A program made the position numbers and the translations under genes. Shown in pieces: positions 49,871 to 59,375 of a DNA stretch of 64,000 bases. Position 1 is the stretch's first letter; each line of letters begins with the position of its first letter. The notes beneath the pieces were generated by a model that was given only the letters and a program-made list of their open reading frames with translations, was not told the origin of the DNA and did no database searches. Location of the stretch: the IMG/VR virus record IMGVR_UViG_3300031951_021456, positions 124,001-188,000 of that record. One strand, 5' to 3'.

Positions 49871-50806
49871 ATGAATGTTTTATCTCTTTTTGATAGTATT
49901 AGTTGTGGTCAAGTTGCTTTAGAAAGAGCAAAAATAAAGGTTGACAAATACTATGCAAGTGAAATTGAACCAATGGCAATTAAAGTCACTCAACATAATT
50001 TTCCAAATACAATTCAGTTAGGTGACATAAGAAACTTAAATGTAACTGATAAGATTGATTTAATTATTGGTGGTTCACCTTGTCAGTCTTTTTCATTTGG
50101 TGGCACTAAAACAGGAATGATTACAGAAGAGAAAATTGAGATCACAAATTTAGAACAATATCTTAGTCTCAAAGAAAACAATTTTCAGTTCAATGGTCAG
50201 TCTTATCTTTTTTAGGAATATGTAAGATTGATTAAAGAACTTAAGCCCACTTATTTTTTACTTGAAAACGTAAAGATGCAAAATAAGTGGAAGGTTATTA
50301 TAACAAATTCATTAGGAGTGAAACCAATATTAATAAACAGCAAATTAGTTTCAGCTCAATCAAGAGAAAGATTGTATTGGACAAATATTCCAGATATAAC
50401 ACAACCAGAAGATTCTGAGATTTATCTGGAATCAATTCTACAAAATGACACTGTTCACAAATATTTACCAAAAACTAGACTTGATTATAGTAACTACAAC
50501 AAGTCTAAAGTAAATAAAACGGTACATAAAAATACTGGTATTCATATTGGAAGCAGCAGAAAATTCACAAATCACTTAAGAAATGATGGAAAGTCATTTA
50601 CTTTAAGAAAAGTAAACCCAAATGGAATATTAGATGAAAATTTTAATATTCGCTACTTTACTCCAATAGAAGCTGAGAGACTACAAACTCTTTCTGATAA
50701 TTATACTCTTGTTGATAATGCCACAAATAGTAAGAGATATGAACTAATAGGAAATGGTTGGACTGTTGATGTCATTGCTCATATTTTTAAGAATATTAAT
50801 CAATAA
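49871..50806 (+). pseudogene. C5-cytosine DNA methyltransferase interrupted by in-frame TAG at 50213-50215
   Basis: Motif IV GGSPCQSFS, motif VI LLENV, motif VIII AQSRERLYW, motif X IGNGWTV; the two track ORFs are in one frame: GQSYLF*EYVRLIKE. Confidence 0.85.
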
Positions 50807-50890
50807 TGTTTGAACTATAAAAGCTTTAAGTTCTTCCATTTAGTTTTAAATGTGAAACACATTACCCTTTACCCAATAGCCATTTCTTCA

Positions 50891-51232
50891 TCAATCATTT
50901 GGAAGTTTCTGCAATGCGTCTTTAATAATTGCAGCATCTAGGTATGTTGCCACATTATTCTCAATTTTTTCAAGTGACTCAAGTGCCTTCTCTTTTAGAG
51001 TTGGAGGTTTGGGGCGACGATATGCATGGAGATAACTACCATCAAGGTGAAGGCTTTGCGTATCCATCCAATCACAACACGCATTCAATTCTTGGTTTGC
51101 TGCCCATTTAGATGCTCGGTCAATCATATAATCCTCACGCTCAACACTTATGACTTTGACTGGCGACTCAGATTGCCATTGTTCTCGCAACTCAGACGAT
51201 GGAATAATCGGATATTGTTCAAGCTTTTTCAT
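50891..51232 (-). CDS. Hypothetical protein
   Basis: ORF track; WAANQELNACCDW...RRPKPPTLKEKAL. Confidence 0.6.
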   Translation of the reverse strand: MKKLEQYPIIPSSELREQWQSESPVKVISVEREDYMIDRASKWAANQELNACCDWMDTQSLHLDGSYLHAYRRPKPPTLKEKALESLEKIENNVATYLDAAIIKDALQKLPND

Positions 51233-51392
51233 AATTGTTTGTTCTTTAGGGTGGCTAGGGAGTTCTTAATTATACAATCTAAACCATTCAAAATCATGTT
51301 GAATATTAGTATCCATAACACATAATTCAACCTTTCCCCCATAACTTTGAGCAAAGCGTTCAAATTTTTCAACATTATAACATCTGTGTGTT

Positions 51393-51779
51393 TCAATAAG
51401 TTCTTCTGTAAGTATTAAATTTGCCAGATATAATGTTTTTACTTGTAGGCATATAATAAATTGGTCTTTGGACAATTTTATTATGTGTCTCAATATATTT
51501 AAAGTCGTTCAGATCTAATCCATCATCATAAGGAGTTTCAATTTTTACTCTAAAAATTGGAGTACCTTGAATTTTTTGTAAAATAGATCCTAAGTATGAA
51601 ATTGCATTCTCTTGACTATGAAAGGATTTAGTAATAGTTGTCATCCAATCTCGCTGAATTTCAAAACCTTCTTTATCAAGCATGGCAATTCCAAGGATAG
51701 GGATACCAAACTCACTTAAAGCTTTAATAGATTGTTCATGTGCAGTGATATGAAATTCATAGTTACGTTCTTTGCTCAT
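51393..51779 (-). CDS. Hypothetical protein
   Basis: YEFHIT and IFRVKIETP suggest a small alpha/beta fold. Confidence 0.55.
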   Translation of the reverse strand: MSKERNYEFHITAHEQSIKALSEFGIPILGIAMLDKEGFEIQRDWMTTITKSFHSQENAISYLGSILQKIQGTPIFRVKIETPYDDGLDLNDFKYIETHNKIVQRPIYYMPTSKNIISGKFNTYRRTY

Positions 51780-51988
51780 GAACTCATAAACTCCTCATAA
51801 GCTTTAATAGCATCTTCAATCTTTTTCTTTAAATTTTTAGCCATTTCTAAATCTAGAATTTCTCTATGAACATAAATTTCATTTTTAATCTCTAATTCAA
51901 ATCCCATTTCTTTGTTAGTAAATGCCACAGTTACGTTGTTGTTACCATAACGTAGGGGATGAGTTCCAAAATTAATTTCTTTATTCAT
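51776..51988 (-). CDS. Hypothetical protein
   Basis: ORF track; ATGA overlap with next gene. Confidence 0.6.
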   Translation of the reverse strand: MNKEINFGTHPLRYGNNNVTVAFTNKEMGFELEIKNEIYVHREILDLEMAKNLKKKIEDAIKAYEEFMSS

Positions 51989-52039
51989 TTGATGATTAGT
52001 TGTAATAATTTTTAATGTTCGGGGTTAATTGCTTGCTCA

Positions 52040-52354
52040 TTACAATCCTTTCAACCGCTTAAGTTTTGCTTCAGTCCTAGCTATAGTCTTTTGCATTTTC
52101 TCCATACGAACTCTATATTCTGCATCAGATTCTTCCTGTTCGTAATATAATGCAGTTCCATGTCCAGATGGGCCACCAAACCCTACACCAACATACTTAA
52201 TTCCATTTGGGTCTGGTTCATCAGTATCAGGATTTCTCAAGGTTTGAGACCACTCCTTAAGTTTTTGAAGTCTTTCAATCAATTCATCAAATGTTCCTTC
52301 AAGGTCATCAAGTTCAAGACCATATTCTTTTTTGGTTAATTTTCTAAGATTCAT
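52040..52354 (-). CDS. Hypothetical protein
   Basis: ORF track; EESDAEYRVR resembles LETDEEYDTR in 55763..56071. Confidence 0.6.
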   Translation of the reverse strand: MNLRKLTKKEYGLELDDLEGTFDELIERLQKLKEWSQTLRNPDTDEPDPNGIKYVGVGFGGPSGHGTALYYEQEESDAEYRVRMEKMQKTIARTEAKLKRLKGL

Positions 52355-52382
52355 TTTAATCTCCTTGTTTTAATAATGTTGA

Positions 52383-52652
52383 TTAACTTAAATCAATAAG
52401 TTTCCCATTACCATCAATCCAGGCAGAATTTGGTAAAGGAAGTTCACATAATTGTTTAATGTGAACTCGTCCTCTTTCAGTTGTCGTGTATTCACTTTCA
52501 GTTTCTTCACTATAAAGATTTTCAATAAGATTACATTCTTCTAAAAGTTTATATGATTTTTGTACTGCAGATGAATCTACTCTTGGATGAACTTCAGGTG
52601 AGCAGTGACAATGAAATAAAACCTCAAGATCACAAATTGAAAGGTTTGTCAT
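52383..52652 (-). CDS. Hypothetical protein
   Basis: ORF track; LFHCHCSP...TTERGRVHI. Confidence 0.6.
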   Translation of the reverse strand: MTNLSICDLEVLFHCHCSPEVHPRVDSSAVQKSYKLLEECNLIENLYSEETESEYTTTERGRVHIKQLCELPLPNSAWIDGNGKLIDLS

Positions 52653-53149
52653 AGTTTTGGTAAGTTAATGGCGTAATGTGGTAACATGTATTTATAAATG
52701 TCTGGATATTTTTCAACCCTTTCATAATTTGAATATATTAAGCTATAATCTGTCGCATTGCGGCTTGAGGTGATCAGCCAACATTTTCCATCGTTATCAC
52801 ACCATCCAGGTCGTTTCCAGGGATTTTCATTTACATGAACTGGATGAATATTACTTGCAGAATTTTCAGAAAGTCTTTTTATTAATTGAGCAGACTTTTT
52901 AAGATTATCAAATACTTCTCTTTCTGGACATGGAATAATAGTTTTATGTTTACCATCAGGATAAGGATATGGGGTCGCAGCATCAGCATGAAGCTCTAAC
53001 CAGGCTATAGTTTCTTTTGGAGAACCACTAAAAAAATCTATGGCATCTCTAAGGATGTCAATAAGTGCATCGGTTTTTGTGAAATCTTCATTCACTCTTT
53101 CTAGCCTCTCAGAAATAAAGGCAGAAAGTTCAGCATCGGATGGTTTCAT
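52649..53149 (-). CDS. Hypothetical protein
   Basis: ORF track; ATGA overlaps at both ends. Confidence 0.6.
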   Translation of the reverse strand: MKPSDAELSAFISERLERVNEDFTKTDALIDILRDAIDFFSGSPKETIAWLELHADAATPYPYPDGKHKTIIPCPEREVFDNLKKSAQLIKRLSENSASNIHPVHVNENPWKRPGWCDNDGKCWLITSSRNATDYSLIYSNYERVEKYPDIYKYMLPHYAINLPKL

Positions 53150-53424
53150 TTCATGTCATCGTAATAGAGAGTCTTTGTGCGATTGCATATATTGCAAGAA
53201 TAATACACGCAATAAAAATCCGAACCAGTTTCAAACATGTTCGGGCATTCCCATGATTGTTGTTCAGTGGTACATTTGTTAGAATTGGCGTCTTTCATCA
53301 CTGGCTGGGCAGGATGGTGGTATATGTAAGAAAGAACCTCTTTCCAAGCCTCACCTACGGGTGTACTTTCATCGGTAAAGCCAGAAACCGATTCAATTAC
53401 ATCAATGGCATCTTGAATGTTCAT
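53146..53424 (-). CDS. Hypothetical protein with Cys-rich C-terminus (possible Zn ribbon)
   Basis: WECP...FYCVYYSCNIC. Confidence 0.55.
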   Translation of the reverse strand: MNIQDAIDVIESVSGFTDESTPVGEAWKEVLSYIYHHPAQPVMKDANSNKCTTEQQSWECPNMFETGSDFYCVYYSCNICNRTKTLYYDDMK

Positions 53425-54020
53425 TTAATTTTTCCTTGATTATTAGGCTTCGGGAGCCTATCACGCACTTGACGTAGATCAACATATCCTCGGTTATCAA
53501 TTGGTGCAGATAAAAACTGAGCCCGGTTTACTTGATTGCCAACATAAGGCTGAGATAAGCGACGGATCTCATTAAGTGCTGACGATTCATCCGCAAATCC
53601 AATCAAACCACCACCATGAGAAATCATTGCAATACGTTCTAAGATGGTTTTGCTATCATCAATAACATCTTCTGGAGTATTGTTATTGGAACCATAATAA
53701 CCTTGAGAATTGCTACACATCACCTTTCTCCTTCCTTGGCATTCATAGATTTTCTCTGCTCCATTTTTCAAGTTATATTCTCTTTCTTCTTCATCATAGA
53801 ATATGCCATCTCCTTCAGTTTCACTTTCATAAACTCTTTCACTAGACCACCCGTTAGGATCATAATAACAATCAACTATAAAGATGCCATGCCCAAGTCG
53901 CATCCAACCACAAAGATTAACCCCATCATAAACACTATATTGTTCAGGACATGCATAAGAATTTCTTTCTAATGTAAGTCCACAATAAGAATATTCATTT
54001 TTTCCTTGATCATTAGCCAT
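53421..54020 (-). CDS. Hypothetical protein
   Basis: ACPEQYSVY...GWMRLGHG motif; start revised to ATG 54020, downstream of the TATAAT. Confidence 0.6.
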   Translation of the reverse strand: MANDQGKNEYSYCGLTLERNSYACPEQYSVYDGVNLCGWMRLGHGIFIVDCYYDPNGWSSERVYESETEGDGIFYDEEEREYNLKNGAEKIYECQGRRKVMCSNSQGYYGSNNNTPEDVIDDSKTILERIAMISHGGGLIGFADESSALNEIRRLSQPYVGNQVNRAQFLSAPIDNRGYVDLRQVRDRLPKPNNQGKIK

Positions 54021-54044
54021 AGTGGATTTATGTGGTTCAATACG

Positions 54045-54102
54045 ATTATAGGTCACTGGTTCAGCCTAGGGAAAGGACTTGTGCCAGTTTTTAAAATGTC
54101 TC
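54045..54102 (-). promoter_or_regulatory. Dyad-motif promoter A (GAGACATTTTAAAAACTGGCACA-N29-TATAAT)
   Basis: Counted directly: 29 nt between motif and consensus -10. Confidence 0.7.
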
Positions 54103-54286
54103 TTAAATCATCACAGGAGTAACCACAATTCTTACATTTATAAACATTAATAACCTCTATATTTTTATAATTAACTGGAGAGATATAACGAGATAAATAT
54201 TCTTCAATGGGATCAATTGCGTTTCCAAGGTCAATATCTCCAGCACATTCTGGACAGTAGTAATTTTTCATTAATTTAATCTTCAA
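54053..54286 (-). CDS. Small Zn-ribbon protein
   Basis: CPEC...CKNC pairs. Confidence 0.6.
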   Translation of the reverse strand: MKIKLMKNYYCPECAGDIDLGNAIDPIEEYLSRYISPVNYKNIEVINVYKCKNCGYSCDDLRDILKTGTSPFPRLNQ

Positions 54287-54367
54287 GTAAAATAAAGTTT
54301 TTCAAATTGTTCTGAACATAAACTTAAAACAATCAAACAAATTAAGATAACTATAGTTCTTAAAAAC

Positions 54368-54637
54368 TTAAACATATCCATTCTCTTTTAAGTAATCTTC
54401 TTCTAAATCGTTTAAATAATTATCAAAAGGCTCCTTACATTTAGTGGAAGCATATAACATATTGTTCATTTTATACCAGCCCAAATTTAGGATATACCAA
54501 AATGTTGCATTATATCCATCATAATATACTAAACCTTCTGGATCACTCTCAAGACCCCATTTTATAGTTTCAACTGGACATTCCATATGATTTTTCCAAT
54601 AATCAAAAATCATTTTAGTTAAATTAATTTTATTCAT
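54368..54637 (-). CDS. Hypothetical protein
   Basis: ORF track; ATGA overlap. Confidence 0.6.
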   Translation of the reverse strand: MNKINLTKMIFDYWKNHMECPVETIKWGLESDPEGLVYYDGYNATFWYILNLGWYKMNNMLYASTKCKEPFDNYLNDLEEDYLKENGYV

Positions 54638-54990
54638 AGTTTTAAAAATAAAGGAAGAAAGTTCAATGTCTCAAGTTTATGTGAGCCGATGAGATCAAAG
54701 GTTGCATAAGCTTCAGCAAAAGTACAAGTAGCTGTAACAGATTTATCTACATATAGATGGCTTATAGTATCTCTAGCAGCTTTCCAAGAAAGAGCTTTTT
54801 GTGAACCGTCGTGGGATGCATGATAGCTCATAAAAATTGTTTTACACTCTTCAACGCTCAAAGTGTCCAAATAAATCCAGAAGTTCAGAACATCTTTCCA
54901 ATTGGGACCTAGAAAATATTCAGGGTATTCTAGAGCAGTTTGGTCATCTAAATGATCTGCAAAATTTTGATGTGCTTTAGAGATTTTCAT
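54634..54990 (-). CDS. Tandem paralog 3 of PExFLGPNW family
   Basis: MKISKAHQ...FLGPNWKDVLNFWIYLDTLS...LIGSHKLE...FLPLFL. Confidence 0.85.
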   Translation of the reverse strand: MKISKAHQNFADHLDDQTALEYPEYFLGPNWKDVLNFWIYLDTLSVEECKTIFMSYHASHDGSQKALSWKAARDTISHLYVDKSVTATCTFAEAYATFDLIGSHKLETLNFLPLFLKL

Positions 54991-55379
54991 GGATTTAAAA
55001 ACAAAGGAAGAAACGTAAAGGTCTCTAGATTATGAGAACCAATGAGTTCAAGGGTTGCATATACACATGTAACTCCTACACTTGCAGGAATGCATGTAAG
55101 TGTAGGAGTTACAACCCAAGCTGCAGTTGCATATACATAATAATAACATATATTATCTCTAGCAGCTTTCCGGGTAAGACTCTTTAAGGTATCCACCCTT
55201 CCTAAAGCACAATAACGCTTACCAACTATATCAAAATCTTCGCGACTCAAAGTATCCAAATAGAGCCAGAAGTTCAAAACATCCTTCCAATTAGGTCCTA
55301 AGAAAGGTTCGGGGTATTCTAGAGCATTTTGGTTATCTAAATGATCGGCAAATATTTGATGTGCTTTAGAGATTTTCAT
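54987..55379 (-). CDS. Tandem paralog 2 of PExFLGPNW family
   Basis: Same conserved termini, different middle. Confidence 0.85.
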   Translation of the reverse strand: MKISKAHQIFADHLDNQNALEYPEPFLGPNWKDVLNFWLYLDTLSREDFDIVGKRYCALGRVDTLKSLTRKAARDNICYYYVYATAAWVVTPTLTCIPASVGVTCVYATLELIGSHNLETFTFLPLFLNP

Positions 55380-55759
55380 GGATTTAGAAACAAAGGAAGA
55401 AATGTAAAGGCCTCTAGATTATGAGAACCAATGAGTTCACTGGTTGCATGACCAGATGCATATACAGTTCCTAATTGATATGTAGAGTCAGCACGCCAAG
55501 CTTCATATGCATAATACTTACATATAGTAGCTTCAGCAGCTTCCCAAGCATTGTTTATAGCAGAAACTCTAGAATCTGCGTCTAAAGCCCAATAACGAAC
55601 ATAATTTAATCTAAAATCTTCTTCACTCAAAGTATCCAAATAAAACCAAAAGTTCAATACATTCTTCCAATTGGGTCCTAGAAAATGTTCAGGGTATTCT
55701 AGAGCGGTTTGGTCATTTAAGCGATCTGCAAATCGTTGATGTGTTTTAGAGATTTTCAT
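55376..55759 (-). CDS. Tandem paralog 1 of PExFLGPNW family
   Basis: Same conserved termini, different middle. Confidence 0.85.
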   Translation of the reverse strand: MKISKTHQRFADRLNDQTALEYPEHFLGPNWKNVLNFWFYLDTLSEEDFRLNYVRYWALDADSRVSAINNAWEAAEATICKYYAYEAWRADSTYQLGTVYASGHATSELIGSHNLEAFTFLPLFLNP

Positions 55760-55762
55760 AAT

Positions 55763-56071
55763 TTAAGACGGTTCAAATTTTTTCTTTAGCCTAAGAAATG
55801 TTTCTCTTTCTCTCTTTTCAATCATTTTATTGTTTTTAGCTAGTCTTTCGCTTTGTTCATTCTCAAATTTAATGCGGGTATCATATTCTTCGTCGGTTTC
55901 TAAGCGTAATTTAGATATTTCAAACGCATTATAATCTGAAAATCCATCAACATTGATATTCACCCAACCTTCATTAATAAGGTCTTGAATTTTATTCTGT
56001 ATATTTTGAAGTTTTCCCTCAAAAAGACATATTTCCAAAAATTTATATTCTTTAATGAGTTTTTTGGTCAT
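55763..56071 (-). CDS. Hypothetical protein
   Basis: ORF track; RLETDEEYDTR, coiled-coil end. Confidence 0.6.
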   Translation of the reverse strand: MTKKLIKEYKFLEICLFEGKLQNIQNKIQDLINEGWVNINVDGFSDYNAFEISKLRLETDEEYDTRIKFENEQSERLAKNNKMIEKRERETFLRLKKKFEPS

Positions 56072-56375
56072 TTTAGTAATGCAAATTAATAATGTCTATT
56101 ATCCTATAATTATTACATCAACCTTAGTCTCAGTGAGTCCAGCATCTTCTGCAGTTTTAGGTTTATTACACACATATACCAAATATTTTTCAAGACTATA
56201 CTCAAACACACTACCATTTTTATGAGTTGTTTTAAATACTTTTCCTGGTTCAATATCAATACTATCTGAAAGATAACTCCTAGATCCGTCATCACAAGTT
56301 TCAAGCAATAAGACTTCAGTATCACCGGCATTATCTGACTGGTTATACAGTTTATCAATTTTTTCTTTAAGATCT

Positions 56376-56669
56376 TTAAGTTTCATAATTAAGATGACTA
56401 CCATTACAATCCGCAAAAAAGTGAAAACCTATGCTAATGCCTTTAATTTTGAATTGAATAAAAAAGAGGTCATTCCAAGACACAAAAGAAAAATAAACAC
56501 TGAACCAAGGACTTCCACGATATTCAAATTCGTCAAGACAGTTAATGTAATGAAATTTAAAGAGGCATTTTTCATGGAGATAGCCTTTAGATTCTTGAAG
56601 ATGGAAAAATTCTAGATAATATGCCTTTTCATCATCAAATGAATGATTAACAATGTCAAAAATTTTCAT
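56376..56669 (-). CDS. Hypothetical aromatic-rich protein
   Basis: ORF track; first gene after promoter B. Confidence 0.55.
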   Translation of the reverse strand: MKIFDIVNHSFDDEKAYYLEFFHLQESKGYLHEKCLFKFHYINCLDEFEYRGSPWFSVYFSFVSWNDLFFIQFKIKGISIGFHFFADCNGSHLNYET

Positions 56670-56690
56670 GAGGTTTTGGTGTATTTTACA

Positions 56691-56748
56691 ATTATAGTAT
56701 ATTGAAAAGTATGATGTGAGTTCAATGTGCCAGTTTGCAAAGCTTCAC
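56691..56748 (-). promoter_or_regulatory. Dyad-motif promoter B (GTGAAGCTTTGCAAACTGGCACA-N29-TATAAT)
   Basis: 29 nt spacing to consensus -10; ATG at 56669 follows. Confidence 0.7.
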
Positions 56749-56752
56749 AAAA

Positions 56753-56965
56753 TCAATCAATTACATCAATTTCCTTAACAGCAAATTCATCATAATAATT
56801 ACTTGAAAGTTCTTTTATTGCGGTTTGTCTACTTACACCATTGTTAATCATATAATCTTCAATATAAATTCTGCGTCATTCAGAATTTAAGTTTTCAGCA
56901 TCTCTTTTAATGCGGCTTACATTGTCTGGTTTATCGTAGACATCATAAGTTAAATTTGTGTTCAT
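56753..56965 (-). pseudogene. Possible small gene interrupted by in-frame TGA (56876-56878)
   Basis: MNTNLTYDVYDKPDNVSRIKRDAENLNSE*RRIYIEDYMINNGVSRQTAIKELSSNYYDEFAVKEIDVID*. Confidence 0.35.
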
Positions 56966-56994
56966 TGTTTTAAATGATAAAGAGTTTAAAATTA

Positions 56995-57216
56995 CTAATT
57001 TTTCTTATTTGGATAGATAAAGGGCTCTCCAATTTTTTCTAGAAGTGCGCGAGCAAAACTTATTTCACCATAAACTGCACCACTTTCAAAAGTATCATCA
57101 TAATTTCCACCATCTGAATAATCAAAATAATCTCCATGAATATCATATCCATGTTCACTTTCTGCATATTTTTTGATTAGGTCAATCAAAAATTCAAGTT
57201 TCTGCTCTGTGGTCAT
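56995..57216 (-). CDS. Hypothetical protein
   Basis: ORF track; GGNYDDTFESG...GEISFAR. Confidence 0.6.
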   Translation of the reverse strand: MTTEQKLEFLIDLIKKYAESEHGYDIHGDYFDYSDGGNYDDTFESGAVYGEISFARALLEKIGEPFIYPNKKN

Positions 57217-57404
57217 TTGTAATACATCTCCTCTTCATATTTAACTAGATCATAATTTAAAATATGCCAAAATTCCCAATTCATTTCATCTGGTCCTTCC
57301 GTGAGATGATACCACCATTCCCAACGATTATCTAAACATTGTCTCCAACCGCATTGAATTTTTTCAAAGAAGTTCATTTTTCTTTTAAATTTTTTATACA
57401 TAAT

Positions 57405-57791
57405 TTACTTGATTAATTCCACAAGTTCACTAAATTTATCATAGACTGATTCTAAGCCATATGAATGTGCATCTTCATAAGCAAGTGAATAACACTGTTC
57501 TCGTTTTGGATTTTGACTGACTCCAAATTCTTCAAAAAGGTCTTCTTTAAACTCTCCTAATAGCCGATTATATTCTTCACGGTATTTTGCGGCATGTTCT
57601 TTAAGTGCATCTGAATCCACAATCTTTTGAAAAGTAAAACCTTTAGGGAATGGAACATCTTTATTGTCTTTATACTCGTTGTAGGAACCATGCCATATTG
57701 TTTTACCTTTATCATAGACATAGTAAGTTGTATAGTCGGTTGAACGAGGATAAGTGTTGGTCGTAGTTTCGTAATAGTTAAAGTCTTTCAT
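57405..57791 (-). CDS. Hypothetical protein
   Basis: ORF track; FKEDLFEEFGV...NPKRE. Confidence 0.65.
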   Translation of the reverse strand: MKDFNYYETTTNTYPRSTDYTTYYVYDKGKTIWHGSYNEYKDNKDVPFPKGFTFQKIVDSDALKEHAAKYREEYNRLLGEFKEDLFEEFGVSQNPKREQCYSLAYEDAHSYGLESVYDKFSELVELIK

Positions 57792-57967
57792 TTGTTTGTG
57801 AAGCGGTTTAAAAAATTTTCAGTTAAAGTGCCAGGCTTATAGTCTGGATCAAGATATTCTACCATACCTAAAATTGATATGGCAGTTTCAATGGCTTTAG
57901 GAATTTCATCTTTCCATTGTGTTAATGATGCTCCATCTCCACCAATAGTTTCTACAACATTAACCAT
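57788..57967 (-). CDS. Small hypothetical protein (59 aa)
   Basis: Hand translation MVNVVETIGGDGASLTQWKDEIPKAIE...NRFTNK; ATGA overlap with next gene. Confidence 0.5.
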   Translation of the reverse strand: MVNVVETIGGDGASLTQWKDEIPKAIETAISILGMVEYLDPDYKPGTLTENFLNRFTNK

Positions 57968-58875
57968 AACTTTTCACTAAATTTAGCTAGAGAAAAGTCA
58001 TTTAAAGAAACAAACTCACAAAAATTTATTTTCCCATTATCAAATTTATATACAACAACAATTGGAAATGATAATTTGAGTATTGAATTATCTAGAGCTA
58101 TATTTTCTGCACTATCATCTGGAATTTCATTTTCATATTCATCTAAGAACACTATTGCACCATTTTCTTTTATGACAGTCTCATAACAGTCATAAAACTC
58201 ATCAAATGGGATAAGACCCAAACATTTATTAATGTCGTCATCTAAACTCTCACAAGACATTTTCCATGCCCATTTTCTGTATTCTTCTAAGTTTTTAAAC
58301 AGTTTTTTCATTTTTAATTAATGTTTGAATTCCAAGTAATCACATAGCATATCTATTGATCCTTCGTTAATGATGGACCAAATTCTTTCGGCCCTTGGTT
58401 TTCCTTGACCGTTGAAGGTCCAATGATAAGGACATTCAATAAAGTTTTTTCGTCCATTTTCACGTTTTTCTGCTTCGTAAACCCAAAACCACCAGCATCT
58501 AATAGCAAAGACAAATCGCTTAAAATACCATGGCATAAGGCATAGATTATCAATTGTAGTTTCAAAGTAATAAACGAAATCATAATCCAAATATTCTAAG
58601 GACCAGTCATGTAATTGATTAAGCATTATTCCCCTCTAAAGTCTGTGCAATAGACTGATAGATTTGTGCTGAGGCTTTAAAGCATTTACGAGTATTTACA
58701 TCAGTAGTTTCATATGCATTTTTGAAATTTTCTCCGGCTCTAGAATAAAGTTCAGAAATTATTATCCAAGGCTTTTGCTCTTTTGGTACATTTTCTAGTA
58801 AAATTTGAAGATCTGTTGCAAGTTGTGGTTGCGTCATGATTTTATATTATTGTATGATGTTTTATGATAGAGCAA

Positions 58876-59292
58876 TCATAATTTGTTGTTATATAGCCAT
58901 TTACATCCCATATTTGATTGGTCAATGATTCTCCTCATATTTACAGATTTAATTCCTTCTTTCATTATGCTATGTATTTCTTTGATCACACCAGTATTAA
59001 GAGAATAAATCATATCATCAGTTTGAATAACGACTCCAGGGCAGAAATCTGTATCTCCAACATTTTCAACTTTTAAAAACTGTAAAAGGTAATCTAAGCG
59101 GCTGGTGTCCATATTAGGAATTGGCTCTATCAATAAAACTGCACATCTAGCAGCCTTCCAGCCATCAATAATTCTATCGTTGGCACATAAGCCATCTGAC
59201 AATTGTTTCAACCATTGAGACATCTCGTATCTCTCTTCTGGCGAGCCTGGTTCTGGACTTGTCCCCCAACCCTGCCATTTTTTATCATTCAT
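58876..59292 (-). CDS. Hypothetical protein
   Basis: Start revised to ATG 59292 with AAGGAG RBS, downstream of promoter C. Confidence 0.6.
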   Translation of the reverse strand: MNDKKWQGWGTSPEPGSPEERYEMSQWLKQLSDGLCANDRIIDGWKAARCAVLLIEPIPNMDTSRLDYLLQFLKVENVGDTDFCPGVVIQTDDMIYSLNTGVIKEIHSIMKEGIKSVNMRRIIDQSNMGCKWLYNNKL

Positions 59293-59316
59293 ACCAAAAT
59301 TCTCCTTGTTTTCAAC

Positions 59317-59375
59317 AGCATAAAGCAAAAGCACACTCAAAGTAAGTTGAAGTGTGCCAGTCTTTTAAGTGTCTT
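59317..59375 (-). promoter_or_regulatory. Dyad-motif promoter C (AAGACACTTAAAAGACTGGCACA-N30-TATGCT)
   Basis: 30 nt spacing; motif abuts the aspS stop codon. Confidence 0.65.

Noticed and set aside
50213-50215. Genome-wide stop-codon reassignment (TAG or TGA)
   Set aside because: TAG ends 40320..41054 at a natural gene boundary, TGA ends gp13, gp18 and gp23, and the long core genes are uninterrupted in the standard code.
54634-55759. Diversity-generating retroelement explanation for the paralog triplet
   Set aside because: Differences in conserved parts are largely synonymous and not adenine-specific, middles differ in length, and no reverse transcriptase is in the window.
57826-57847. Fifth copy of the dyad motif (GTGCCAGG...)
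   Set aside because: Lies inside the 57788..57967 coding frame, lacks the second half-site and has no -10 hexamer at the 29-30 nt spacing.
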